Of a DNA stretch of 64,000 nt, positions 53,426-64,000 are shown piece after piece. How positions within the stretch are numbered: position 1 is the first letter of the stretch; each line of letters opens with the position of its first letter. Under the pieces are notes generated by a model. That model was not told the origin of the DNA. It saw nothing but the letters and a program-made list of their open reading frames with translations, and ran no database searches. The DNA comes from an uncultured Gemmatimonadales bacterium (lineage in GTDB: Bacteria; Gemmatimonadota; Gemmatimonadetes; Gemmatimonadales; GWC2-71-9). The stretch lies in contig CAVVKJ010000010.1 in NCBI GenBank assembly GCA_963748815.1, forward strand, positions 416,001 to 480,000, given 5' to 3'. The translations under genes and the position numbers were made by a program.

Positions 53426-53992
53426 TCAGTCCTTCGGAAGGCCGGGAATCAGGCTCTTGTACCCGCAGTTCTCGTTGGAAAGCGCCTTGAACGTCATCGT
53501 CTGGTTGCCGGGCGTGTCGTCGATGGAGAGGACTTCCATCTTGCCGTACAGCGGCACGCCGAGCCCGCCGCAGATGATCCGCGAGCGAAGCAGGAGTACG
53601 GTGCCGGAGTCGACGTGGATGGTGTCGCCGGTGATCCAGCCGTTGGAAGGTCCCTGGGTGAGCTGGTCGAAGGTCTTCGAGGTGAACTGCATGCCGGGTC
53701 CCGATCCGTTCGTCGTGACGAGTCGCATCACCTCGAGCGTGAGGAGCACGTGCTGACCCGAGGCATCGACGTCGTAGGTCCAGTCGAAGGCCGAGGTGAG
53801 GTCGGTCCGGACCACGTTGCCGTCGGCGACGGAATAGGCGCTGGGGACGGAGACCGGCGAGCTGGTCAGCGACCCGATCGTGAAAGTGTCGACGACGTTC
53901 GGAATGGAGGCCGGCGCCAGATTGGTGTTGTCACCGCAGGCCGCGGTGGCGACAGTCGCGAAGGCCAGAACGAGCAGGTGTGGGAGGCGCAT
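53426..53992 (-). CDS. Hypothetical lipoprotein
   Basis: Lipobox TAAC; two further Cys; coding-like GC3. Confidence 0.75.
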   Translation of the reverse strand: MRLPHLLVLAFATVATAACGDNTNLAPASIPNVVDTFTIGSLTSSPVSVPSAYSVADGNVVRTDLTSAFDWTYDVDASGQHVLLTLEVMRLVTTNGSGPGMQFTSKTFDQLTQGPSNGWITGDTIHVDSGTVLLLRSRIICGGLGVPLYGKMEVLSIDDTPGNQTMTFKALSNENCGYKSLIPGLPKD

Positions 53993-54001
53993 AAGAGCGG
54001 A

Positions 54002-54073
54002 AGGTTACCAACGGGCGCGAAGTGGGTCAACCCACCGTGGATTCTTGACTTCGCTCAGGTCGCCGCCTACGTT
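54002..54073. promoter_or_regulatory. Back-to-back sigma70-type promoters
   Basis: Minus: TTGACC-17-TAACCT (54030 to 54002); plus: TTGACT-17-TACGTT (54045-54073). Confidence 0.6.
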
Positions 54074-54108
54074 CAGCGGGCCCCGACCCCCGCCCCGGAG
54101 CCCACCGA

Positions 54109-54459
54109 ATGTCGGCACTTTCCACCCTTCTGGACGACCTCGCCGCGCGCCCCGGCGTGCTCGGCGTCCTCGTGCTGAGCGACGACGGCCTGTCCGTCGC
54201 CCAGGCCGGCAACGACCCCGCCGCCGATGAACTGGCCGCGCTCGGCTCCGCCGCGCTTCGCCAGCTCACCCAACTCGGCCGGAGCACCAGGCAGGGGGCG
54301 CTGCAGCTGGGCGTCATCGAGTACGAGTCCGGCCGCGTCGTCATTCATCCCCTCCGCGAGGACGCGTCCCTGCTCCTGCTCGTTCGACGCGACCTCAACG
54401 TCGGCACCCTCCTCTTCGAACTGTCCGCGGAGGCCGAGGCGCTCTCCGCGCTGCTCTGA
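54109..54459 (+). CDS. Roadblock/LC7 (MglB-like) domain protein
   Basis: PGVLGVLVLSDDGL..LAAL..IEYESG. Confidence 0.85.
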   Translation: MSALSTLLDDLAARPGVLGVLVLSDDGLSVAQAGNDPAADELAALGSAALRQLTQLGRSTRQGALQLGVIEYESGRVVIHPLREDASLLLLVRRDLNVGTLLFELSAEAEALSALL

Positions 54460-55484
54460 TGCGCTGGGCCGTCCTCCTTGCCGGTGGCTCCGGCACGCGC
54501 TTCTGGCCGTTGAGCACGCCCGCTCACCCGAAACAACTGCTTCCGCTGGCCGGGGCACGATCGACCGCCGAAGCGGCGGTGGACCGGCTCGAGGGGCTGG
54601 TCGACCCCTCACGCGTGCTGGTGGTGACCGGCGAGGCGCTGGCCGGCCCGCTCCGGAAGGCGCTCCCCGTCCCTCCCGAGAATATTCTGGTGGAACCGCG
54701 CGCCGCCTCCACCGGCCCCGCCTTGCTCTGGGCCACCCTGGAGGCGCAGCGCCGCGACCCTGACGCCGAAGTCCTTTCGCTGCATGCCGACTGGGTCATT
54801 CCCGACCCCGACGCCTTCCGCCGCACCGCCGTCGCGGCGCTCGAGAGTGCGCGGCAGCACGACCGCCTGGTGACGGTCGGCATGGTGCCGTCCCGGCCGG
54901 AAACGGGATACGGCTACATCGTCCCGGGACCGGAGCTCGACGCGACGGCACGGCGGGTCGCCCGCTTCGTCGAGAAGCCGGACGCGGCGCGGGCCCTCGA
55001 TCTCATCGCCGCCGGCGCGCTCTGGAACAGCGGCCTCTTCGCCTGGACCGCGGCGCGGCTCCGCGCCGAGGTCGAGCGCCACACCCCGGAACTGTCGGTG
55101 GCGCTCGCCGCCCTGCGCGCGGGCGACGTGCCCCGCTTTTTCTCCATGGTCACGCCGGTCTCGATCGACGTCGGCGTGCTCGAGCGGAGCAACGCGGTGG
55201 CCGTGGTCGCCGGCGCGTTCCACTGGGACGACGTGGGGACCTGGGAGGCGCTCGCCCGGGTGCGCGACCTCGACGCCGGCGGCAACGTGCTCGTCGGGCC
55301 GGTCCATGCGCACGGTGCCGAGGACTGCATCGCCTGGAGCGATGGCGAGCCGATCGTCCTCTTCGGCGTGCGTGACCTCGTGGTGGTCCGCGCCAACGGC
55401 CGGATCCTGGTGATGAACCGCGCCGACGCCGCCCGGCTGAAGGAGGCGCTCGACACACTCCCCCCTGAGGTTCGCGATGTCTGA
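54459..55484 (+). CDS. manC: Mannose-1-phosphate guanylyltransferase
   Basis: LAGGSGTRFWPLS..PKQ, ETGYGYI, FVEKP, WNSG, WDDVGTW. Confidence 0.93.
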   Translation: MRWAVLLAGGSGTRFWPLSTPAHPKQLLPLAGARSTAEAAVDRLEGLVDPSRVLVVTGEALAGPLRKALPVPPENILVEPRAASTGPALLWATLEAQRRDPDAEVLSLHADWVIPDPDAFRRTAVAALESARQHDRLVTVGMVPSRPETGYGYIVPGPELDATARRVARFVEKPDAARALDLIAAGALWNSGLFAWTAARLRAEVERHTPELSVALAALRAGDVPRFFSMVTPVSIDVGVLERSNAVAVVAGAFHWDDVGTWEALARVRDLDAGGNVLVGPVHAHGAEDCIAWSDGEPIVLFGVRDLVVVRANGRILVMNRADAARLKEALDTLPPEVRDV

Positions 55485-56652
55485 CCGGCTGCTCTACCTC
55501 CTCGAACCGATCGACCCCGGCGCCGAGTGGGCGCCGTTCGCCGGGGTGCGCCCGGTGGCCGAATTGCGCGCCGGGGTGTGGCGGATTCGGGAGCGATGGG
55601 AAGGGATCCTCGACGCGGAAACGGCCGCGATTCTCGGCGACCATTGCGCCGGCTTCTTCGAAGGGGCGGAGCCGCCGGTCCAGCCGCTCGCGCCGGTGGA
55701 CGGGCCGTGCCTTGTGGCCGCCAGCTGGTTTGCCCCGTCGGGCGAGCCGCTGGAGCTCGACCCGGCCGCGCGCCGCCTCACCCACGACGGGATGACGGTC
55801 GGGTGGGTCGTGGCGGCCGGCGAACGGTGGGAGGGGCCGGACGAAGCGGGCGACGCGCAGGAGATTGACGGCCTCGTGCTGCATGGCGCGCACGACATCC
55901 TTACCGCCCTCGAGCACCTCCTCCCCGCCGACTGCGCCGATTTCCTGGCGCACCGGGGCGACGACCTTCCGGGCGGATCCATCGTCATCGGCGAGCCGTC
56001 GGAGGTGGTCATCCTCGGCGGGTTCGTCGAGCCGGGCGTCGTGTTCGACACCCGCGGCGGCGGGATCGTCATCGACGAGGCGGCGCAGGTGCGGAGCGGC
56101 GCGCGGCTCGAGGGACCGCTCTACGTCGGCCCCCAGACCATCATCCTCGGCGGCGACGTGCGCGGATCGGTCTTCGGACCCCAGTGCCGGGTGCGGGGCG
56201 AGGTCAGCGCCTGCGTCTTCCACGGATACGTCAACAAGGCGCACGACGGATTCGTCGGGCACAGCGTGCTCGGGGCCTGGGTCAACCTCGGGGCCGGCAC
56301 GACCACGTCCAACCTGAAGAACACCTACGGCAAAATCCGGCTGGAAGCCGCGGGTGTGCGCATCGAGACGGAGCGCCAGTTCCTCGGCAGCCTGATCGCC
56401 GACCACGCCAAGACCGCCATCGGCACGATGCTCGGCACCGGGACCATCATCGGGGCCGGCGCCAACGTCTTCGGTGGCGCCGTGCCGAAATGGGTGCGCC
56501 CCTTCGCCTGGGGGCTGGGCGGAGTGGAGCGCGTGACCGAAGCCGGTTTCCTCGAGATCGCGGGACGGGTGCTCCCCCGCCGTCAGGTCGAACTCACTCC
56601 GGAACGGTCGGCGGCGCTCACCGCCACCTACCGGCGCCTGACGGGGTCGTGA
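55477..56652 (+). CDS. GlmU-like putative sugar nucleotidyltransferase with hexapeptide repeats
   Basis: RPVAELRAG, NKAHDGFVGHSVLG.WVNLGAGTTTSNLKNTY. Confidence 0.85.
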   Translation: MSDRLLYLLEPIDPGAEWAPFAGVRPVAELRAGVWRIRERWEGILDAETAAILGDHCAGFFEGAEPPVQPLAPVDGPCLVAASWFAPSGEPLELDPAARRLTHDGMTVGWVVAAGERWEGPDEAGDAQEIDGLVLHGAHDILTALEHLLPADCADFLAHRGDDLPGGSIVIGEPSEVVILGGFVEPGVVFDTRGGGIVIDEAAQVRSGARLEGPLYVGPQTIILGGDVRGSVFGPQCRVRGEVSACVFHGYVNKAHDGFVGHSVLGAWVNLGAGTTTSNLKNTYGKIRLEAAGVRIETERQFLGSLIADHAKTAIGTMLGTGTIIGAGANVFGGAVPKWVRPFAWGLGGVERVTEAGFLEIAGRVLPRRQVELTPERSAALTATYRRLTGS

Positions 56653-57455
56653 CCCGCCTCGTCGTCCTCGGCTCCGGTTCCAAGGGGAACGCCCTCGCCA
56701 TCGAGCACGCCGGCGAGACGCTGCTGGTGGACGTCGGGTTCAGCGCCCGGGAGGTCCGCCGCCGCGCCGCCGTCGCGTCCGTCTCCCTCGACCGGGTCGT
56801 CGGGATCGCCCTGACCCACGAGCACGGCGACCACACCGCTGGCGCGGCCCTGCTCGCCCGCGACCTCGAGGCGCCCGTCATCTGCACCGGCGGCACCTGG
56901 AGCCGGCTCCGTCCCCGGCTCGGCAAGGCGGACCATGCGGCGCTGTCGATGACGACGGTGGTCGAGGTCGGCCCCTTCCGCATCGAGGCGGCCGACATCA
57001 GTCACGACGCGCTCGAGCCGGTGGCCATCGCCGTCTCCACGGCCTCCGCAAGCATCGGCGTGGCGTATGACCTCGGACGGCCCACCGCCGCCGTCCGCTA
57101 TCTCCTCCGCGACCGCACCGCCCTCGTGCTCGAAGCGAATCACGACGACGTGCTGCTGCGCACCAGCGGGTACCCGGCGGCGGTGCAGCAGCGCATCGCC
57201 GGCGCCGGCGGCCACCTCTCCAATCGCGTGGCGGCGGAACTCCTCGCCGAGCTCGTCCATCCGGACCTCGCCATTGTGGTGCTCGCGCACCTGAGCGCAC
57301 GATGCAACACGCGCGCGCACGCGCACGACGCCGTGGCGCCGGCGCTGGAGGCCGCCGGGTTCACCGGGGAGCTCCACGTGGCGTCACAGGACGATCCGAC
57401 CGGGCCGTTCAGCTTTGCCCCCAAGGTGACGCAGGCCACTCTCTCGCTCGGCTGA
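56649..57455 (+). CDS. MBL-fold metallo-hydrolase (YycJ/WalJ-like)
   Basis: LGSGSKGN, THEHGDH, SHDA, LEANHD, GHLSN, AHLS. Confidence 0.92.
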   Translation: MTRLVVLGSGSKGNALAIEHAGETLLVDVGFSAREVRRRAAVASVSLDRVVGIALTHEHGDHTAGAALLARDLEAPVICTGGTWSRLRPRLGKADHAALSMTTVVEVGPFRIEAADISHDALEPVAIAVSTASASIGVAYDLGRPTAAVRYLLRDRTALVLEANHDDVLLRTSGYPAAVQQRIAGAGGHLSNRVAAELLAELVHPDLAIVVLAHLSARCNTRAHAHDAVAPALEAAGFTGELHVASQDDPTGPFSFAPKVTQATLSLG

Positions 57456-57491
57456 ATCACTCGACGAAGCCATCCGGGACCACCACGCGAA

Positions 57492-57519
57492 ACGGGGGCG
57501 ACCACCTGGTCGCCCCCGT
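57492..57519 (-). terminator. Hairpin terminator, copy 1 of a duplicated pair
   Basis: ACGGGGGCGACCA-cc-TGGTCGCCCCCGT. Confidence 0.7.
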
Positions 57520-57542
57520 CGCATGTCCGTGCGTGAGTTGCC

Positions 57543-58196
57543 CTACTGCTGGAACGCCTGGCTGGCCGCCTGTGTCTTCTTGGCGCCGAGCGGGATGCCC
57601 AGCCCGAGGCCGAGGAGAATGTCGTTCTGCCGGAGCTCACCGGTTTCCACCGTGCCGTCGGAGAATTGCGCCCCGTAGATGTAGTCGGTGGCCGAGAGGT
57701 TGAGGCTCATGATCCCGAGATTGAAGCCGACGGTCGCGCCGGCCAGCCCGCCGAAGTCGGTGGTGCCAGTCCAGCCCTCGTACGCCTGCCCGCTCCGGCT
57801 CACCACGCTGCCGCCTCCGCTCAACGAGATCCACACCGGGCTGGTGGGCTTGATGAGGTACACGGTGATGTTGGCGTTTCCGAAGAAGAGATTGGCGTCC
57901 GACTGCGACCACGATCCGTCGCCGCCGATGGTGCCGCTCAACTGGCTCGGCACGTAGGAGCCGGCCAACACCAGCCCGACGCGGGAACTGAGCCCGACGC
58001 CGAGGTTGGCGCCGAGGGCGAGGCCGACGTCCTGCTTGAAGTTGGCGATGCTGTCGGTCCCGACCACGACGTCGACGAGGTTGGACGTTGGCAGGTAGGC
58101 GCCGACGGTTGGGCTGAACGAGACCTGCGCGGCGACCGGCACGGCGGTGCCGAGTGCGAGGAGCGCGATCGCGGCGCAGTGGCGTAGGCGGAACAT
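57543..58196 (-). CDS. Outer-membrane beta-barrel-like hypothetical protein
   Basis: Signal peptide (VAA-Q), Gly/aromatic-rich amphipathic strands, QNDILLGLGLGI. Confidence 0.75.
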   Translation of the reverse strand: MFRLRHCAAIALLALGTAVPVAAQVSFSPTVGAYLPTSNLVDVVVGTDSIANFKQDVGLALGANLGVGLSSRVGLVLAGSYVPSQLSGTIGGDGSWSQSDANLFFGNANITVYLIKPTSPVWISLSGGGSVVSRSGQAYEGWTGTTDFGGLAGATVGFNLGIMSLNLSATDYIYGAQFSDGTVETGELRQNDILLGLGLGIPLGAKKTQAASQAFQQ

Positions 58197-58354
58197 GATT
58201 TCCTCCGATGTGGGTCGCGGCGATGCCAGGCAGAGGGTTGCCCCCGGCCACGACGGACGGTCTGTCGGAGGTGCAAGTCTGGGTCCGGCGCCCTTCGTCC
58301 TCGCGAGGAGCATCGTCAAGTTCTTTTCCCACAAAGGCTTAGGACACAACGCAA

Positions 58355-58382
58355 CAGGGGGCGACCAGCTGGTCGCCCCCTG
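58355..58382 (-). terminator. Perfect 28-bp palindrome/terminator, copy 2
   Basis: CAGGGGGCGACCAG CTGGTCGCCCCCTG, followed by TTGCGTTG on the minus strand. Confidence 0.7.
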
Positions 58383-58426
58383 ACTCCCCGATGAGCGTCC
58401 TTGCGGATCGCGGCGGTATTCCGGAG

Positions 58427-58849
58427 CTATTCCTTGTCCGGATCCGGGGGCACCGGGATGCTGTCCGGCCGCGGCGTCGGCGGCCCGGTGCGCTTCAGGG
58501 TAATCGGCTCGCTCAGGTCGCCGCCGGAGAGGGTGAGCTTGTCGCCCTTGAGCTTCATCCGGTACGTCTCCCACTCGCCACCGAGGGCAATCATGATCCG
58601 GTTCTCCTCGGGGAGGCGCCAGCGAACCGTTTCCTTGCCCCACGAGGCGCTGCTGTCGGCGCGGATGATGACCTCGCGCGGGCCCTTGCCCGCCACGGAG
58701 GAGGCGTCCACCTGCCAGGTCCCCTGGACCGCGGGCGCTGGGGTGGACTTCGACTGGGCCGCGGCGCCGGCCGGGATGAGGGATACGGCGGCGAGCAGGA
58801 GGATGCCAAGGCGCATGGGACGAGACACCGGGTCGGGGTAAGCGTTCAT
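58427..58849 (-). CDS. Hypothetical exported protein (small beta-barrel-like)
   Basis: Signal peptide [29 protein letters not shown]. Confidence 0.7.
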   Translation of the reverse strand: MNAYPDPVSRPMRLGILLLAAVSLIPAGAAAQSKSTPAPAVQGTWQVDASSVAGKGPREVIIRADSSASWGKETVRWRLPEENRIMIALGGEWETYRMKLKGDKLTLSGGDLSEPITLKRTGPPTPRPDSIPVPPDPDKE

Positions 58850-58874
58850 GGCTCAACAATAACCGCAAGACAAA

Positions 58875-58898
58875 GCGGGCGCACCGGAGTGCGCCCGC
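58875..58898 (-). terminator. Intrinsic terminator of groESL
   Basis: GCGGGCGCAC-loop-GTGCGCCCGC followed by TTTGTCTT on the minus strand. Confidence 0.75.
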
Positions 58899-58922
58899 CT
58901 GGTCCACGTGAGCGGGTGGGGA

Positions 58923-60559
<1,637 letters not shown>

Positions 60560-60591
60560 GTCGTGACTCTCCTGGAATGTGTGGCGGACGC

Positions 60592-60906
60592 TCAGCCGAT
60601 CTTGGCGAGGATGTCCGAGGCCTTGATGATGATGACTTCGTCGTCGTCGAGCTGGAACGGCGTCCCGCTGTACTTGCCGTAGATGACCTTGTCACCGACG
60701 GCGAGGTCCATCGGCACCCGGGCGCCCTTGTCCATCCGGCCCGGACCGACGGCGATCACGGAACCCTGGGTCGGCTTCTCCTTGGCGGTGTCGGGGATGT
60801 ACAGCCCGCCGCGCATGCTCTCGGCTTCGTCGGTCGGCATGATGACGACGCGGTCTTCGAGCGGCTTGATGCTGACCTTCGTCTTGCTCTTGGTCGCAGT
60901 GGACAT
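60592..60906 (-). CDS. groS: Co-chaperonin GroES
   Basis: [30 protein letters not shown]. Confidence 0.98.
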   Translation of the reverse strand: MSTATKSKTKVSIKPLEDRVVIMPTDEAESMRGGLYIPDTAKEKPTQGSVIAVGPGRMDKGARVPMDLAVGDKVIYGKYSGTPFQLDDDEVIIIKASDILAKIG

Positions 60907-60960
60907 TTCCTGCCTCCAGCAACGTGAATGTGGTGGTGTAAAATATGGCGTGGCAACAGA

Positions 60961-60987
60961 TTAGCACTCTAGCTTGCCGAGTGCCAG
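60961..60987. promoter_or_regulatory. CIRCE element 1 (HrcA operator)
   Basis: TTAGCACTC-N9-GAGTGCCAG. Confidence 0.9.
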
Positions 60988-60996
60988 AACACCGGA

Positions 60997-61024
60997 AACG
61001 TAACCCGAATGCGCCCGATGTCAA
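60997..61024 (-). promoter_or_regulatory. Sigma70-type promoter for groESL
   Basis: TTGACA-16-TACGTT between the two CIRCE boxes. Confidence 0.55.
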
Positions 61025-61041
61025 GCGTTCAGGCACCGGAG

Positions 61042-61068
61042 TTGGCAATCACCGGGCCAGAGTGCTAA
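61042..61068. promoter_or_regulatory. CIRCE element 2
   Basis: TTGGCAATC-N9-GAGTGCTAA. Confidence 0.85.
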
Positions 61069-61231
61069 GCCAGAATGACAGGAATTCCGGAGCCCATCGG
61101 ACCTCTCGCTTGCCGAGGCGACCGACCCCCTGCCATCCAGACAATTCAGATGTTCTTCACGCTTTTTCCGGCATCCGGTTGCGACTATGCTTACGCCGCG
61201 ATCCTCCTTCGCCCGCAACAGGACACTGACC

Positions 61232-62278
61232 ATGCTGACGACCACGCTCGCCCTCCTTCTCCTCGCCCCCCAGGCGCCGGACTCCGGCCCGACGATTCGG
61301 GTAACGGTCGATTCCGCACGCAAGGAAGTGGTGGTCACCGCCGGCCCCTTCACCATCGCGCACATGCCGCCGAACATGGATCACGGCATGATGCACGAGA
61401 TGGCCGGCACCACCACGCCGCTGCTCCGCTTCGAGTGGCCGATGGAGGCGTGGTTCCGCGGCTTCGACATCGCGGTGACCGACGCGAACGGCGCTCCCCT
61501 CGGCAGCACACTCGTCCACCACCTCAACATCATGAACTTCAATCGGCGCCAGCTCCTCTACCCCGCCGTCGAGCGGATGGTGGCGGCGGGCTCCGAGACC
61601 GGCAGCGTCAGCATTCCCAAGACGATCGGCATGCCGATGGAACCGGGCTTCCAACTCGCCATGTACGCGGCGTGGAACAACCTGGGCGACGTCGACATCG
61701 AGGGGGCCTGGCTCACGGTCCGGCTGGCGTGGAGCCCGGAAAACCTGGCGCCCCGCCCCCGGACCATCCTGCCCATCTACATGGACGTGAACTACAACCG
61801 CGTCACCGACTCCTACGACCTCCCCGCGGGACGCTCGTCGAAGTCGTACGAGTTCACCATGCCGTTGAGCGGCCGGGTGCTGGCCATCGGCGGCCACGTG
61901 CACGATTACGCGGAGTTCGTGTCGCTGGAGGAAGTCGAGAGCGGGAAGACCGTCATCATGCTGAAGGCGGAGACCGCCCCGTCCGGCCTCCTCCTCAAGA
62001 TGCCGCGGAAATACTACGGCATCCGGGGGGACGGGCTCAAGCTGACCGCGGGGAAGAAATATCGGGTGCGGGCAGACTACAACAACGTGACGGGCAAGAT
62101 GATCCCGAGCGGGGCGATGGGGCTGCTCGCCGGCGCCTTCGCCCCCGACGACCTGGCAGAGTGGCCGGCGCTCGACCCGACCAACCCGGACATCGACGCG
62201 GACATTGAAATGCTGGAGAAGATCGGGAAGCCGTCAGGAATGGAGGGGATGGACCACGAGCATATGAATCACGAGTAG
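61232..62278 (+). CDS. Exported protein resembling copper type II (PHM/DBH-like) monooxygenases, with His/Met-rich segments
   Basis: VHHLN, GGHVHD and GAMG motifs in PHM order; HMPPNMDHGMMHEM and C-terminal MEGMDHEHMNHE. Confidence 0.6.
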   Translation: MLTTTLALLLLAPQAPDSGPTIRVTVDSARKEVVVTAGPFTIAHMPPNMDHGMMHEMAGTTTPLLRFEWPMEAWFRGFDIAVTDANGAPLGSTLVHHLNIMNFNRRQLLYPAVERMVAAGSETGSVSIPKTIGMPMEPGFQLAMYAAWNNLGDVDIEGAWLTVRLAWSPENLAPRPRTILPIYMDVNYNRVTDSYDLPAGRSSKSYEFTMPLSGRVLAIGGHVHDYAEFVSLEEVESGKTVIMLKAETAPSGLLLKMPRKYYGIRGDGLKLTAGKKYRVRADYNNVTGKMIPSGAMGLLAGAFAPDDLAEWPALDPTNPDIDADIEMLEKIGKPSGMEGMDHEHMNHE

Positions 62279-62288
62279 GGGCGCGCCC

Positions 62289-63266
62289 CTACGCCGGCAC
62301 CACCCGCCGTGCGCCGACCCACCGATCCCACCACCACTTGCCATAGGGATCGGTGGCGCTGAGGACGCTCTTCTGCACGCCGTTGGTGGCGCTGTGAATG
62401 AACTCGCCGCCGCCCAGGTACAGCCCCACATGCGACACCGTGGATCCCCCCGCCCCGCTCGAGAAGGTCAGGATGTCCCCCGGCGCCAGCGACGCCAGGT
62501 TTCGCTCGACCGCGGCACCCTGCCTCGCCTGGTCCGCGCTCGTCCTCGGAAGCGACACGCCGTGCGCGCCAAATGAATACTGAATCAGCCCCGAGCAGTC
62601 GAACCCGTTGGCACTGCTCCCGCCCCAGGCGTACGGCGTCCCCATCACGCCCAGCGCCGTCTCCACCACCGACATGGCCAGGGGAGTGCCCGGCACCCCT
62701 GCCGGCGGAGTCGAGGTGGTCGAACTCGAGCTCGTCGTCGATGACGGTGGAGGCGTCGTGGCCGCCGCGGTCTTCCGCCGCATTCCGCCGCCCAGCCGGA
62801 CGCCGACCTGCACTCCTTCGTTCCCGCCCTGCGTCAGCCCCACCCAGCGGGCCTCGGCCCCCAGCCCCACGGCCTTGAAGATCCGGAAGTCGTAGCCGAG
62901 CCCAACGGAGTAGTTGCCGTAGAACACATCGGCGCCGTTGAAGCCGAATCCCCCGCCGACGCCGCCGACGACGTACACCCCAGGGTTTGCCCCGCGCCAG
63001 AGGCTCAGGTCGAGCCCCAGGCCGACCAGGTCGCCACCGCCGTCGTTTTCGGGCGACCACCAGGAGGCGGAGATGGTCGTGGAGAGCACCGAGCTGAGCC
63101 GTCGGGAGGTCCCGATGCTCCAGATCCAGTAGGTCTCCGGCGATCCCGAGTACCAGGAGACGCCGCCGCCGAAGCCCTGGGCCTCGGCGGAACCGGTCCC
63201 CAGCAGCATCGTGGCCCCGAGGAGACCGAGCACCACCCGCAGCACGGCCCGCCGGCGCACGCTCAC
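62289..63266 (-). CDS. NlpC/P60 (C40) peptidase with N-terminal beta-barrel-like domain
   Basis: GTPYAWGG..GFDCSGL..LPRTS..HVGLYLG..FIHS; signal peptide, amphipathic strands, Ser/Thr/Pro linker. Confidence 0.9.
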   Translation of the reverse strand: MSVRRRAVLRVVLGLLGATMLLGTGSAEAQGFGGGVSWYSGSPETYWIWSIGTSRRLSSVLSTTISASWWSPENDGGGDLVGLGLDLSLWRGANPGVYVVGGVGGGFGFNGADVFYGNYSVGLGYDFRIFKAVGLGAEARWVGLTQGGNEGVQVGVRLGGGMRRKTAAATTPPPSSTTSSSSTTSTPPAGVPGTPLAMSVVETALGVMGTPYAWGGSSANGFDCSGLIQYSFGAHGVSLPRTSADQARQGAAVERNLASLAPGDILTFSSGAGGSTVSHVGLYLGGGEFIHSATNGVQKSVLSATDPYGKWWWDRWVGARRVVPA

Positions 63267-63663
63267 TTGACCCGCGTCGGGGTGCCAGTGCGCAAGTTCA
63301 CCTCGTAGGTGTTGCCGGGCCGACAGTGCAGCCAGATGCGGGCGCGGATCGTGGAGTCGTTGACCAGTTCGGGCACCGCGCCGGTCATGAGCAGCGGGAC
63401 GAGCGTCCGGGTGCTGTCGCGGACGATGACCAGCCCACGTTCCGTGCAGGTTGCGCCCGCCGAATCGGTGCCGATCCGCGCCCCGGCGAACCAGACCGTC
63501 ACACCGTGGGGCGCGTTCAGCGCCAGCGAGTCGGGAAGAGTTGGAAAGGCGCTGGATGCGGAAGCCGAGTCGGCGGCGGCCGGCGGCGGCGGGGCGGCTC
63601 GCCACCGCATGCGTGGAGAGCGAGGAGTGAGAGCGCCAGGGCGAACGGGTGACGATTCTTCAC
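63263..63663 (-). CDS. Hypothetical lipoprotein (frameshift near 63600)
   Basis: GTG start, lipobox LHAC in one frame, body (..VWFAGAR..CTERG..HCRPG..) in another. Confidence 0.55.
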
Positions 63664-63963
63664 TCCGGTTCGTCGCTCGCGGCGGGCCGACTCCTGGGCG
63701 GCGACCTCGGGGGTGCCGTCGGGCAGGACGTGGAGGGCGTGCTGCAGCCTCGGCGAGTGGCGCAGCGCCCGGAGCCAGTAGTGCACGGTGACGTACCCCG
63801 CCGCCCCCCCGAGGAGAATCGTCAGGGCGACACCGTGGATCGGGTTGGGGAGGAGGGCGGCAAGCACGGTGCCGACCAGGGCACCAAAGAAAGCGGCTGC
63901 CAACGCCACGATCGGCGTCAGCAGCCATCCGGAGGCGCGAAGGAAAATGATCTTCGCGCGCAT
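63660..63963 (-). CDS. Small hypothetical membrane protein (probable frameshift near 63685)
   Basis: Two TM helices; removing one base restores a GTGA overlap with the next gene. Confidence 0.55.
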
Positions 63964-64000
63964 CGCCTCAGCTGCGCCGGCCGGTGACGGCTCCCAGGAC

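Overview
A GC-rich bacterial chromosomal segment. Gene content and order suggest a diderm, most like Gemmatimonadota (inference, not checked). About 17-64 kb is mostly core genes, nearly all on the minus strand: groES/groEL with two CIRCE boxes, serS, uvrD/pcrA, gatCAB, murA, pgeF, nusA-L7Ae-infB-rbfA-truB-ribF-secDF-tatD-fhs-ridA-selC(tRNA-Sec)-DAG kinase-murI, lptE, rph and rdgB. The first ~17 kb is an accessory region around a tRNA-Pro(TGG) gene. It holds an M48 peptidase bracketed by an exact 53-bp duplication of the tRNA 5' half and an inverted pair of co-varying double-hairpin (REP-like) elements. It also holds an arsR-arsP-thioredoxin cassette bracketed by an alpha-N-acetylglucosaminidase (GH89) gene end and a collapsed copy of it, plus a ~1000-aa secreted phospholipase-D-like protein. 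No integrase, transposase, reverse transcriptase, CRISPR array or rRNA was seen. The most distinctive signal is a recurring pattern of small cargo segments flanked by duplicated host sequence (tRNA 5' half, gene 3' end, terminators) with no recombinase present. About 17 apparent frameshifts, mostly +1 insertions and including essential genes, are best read as sequencing errors, so single-base conclusions need caution.
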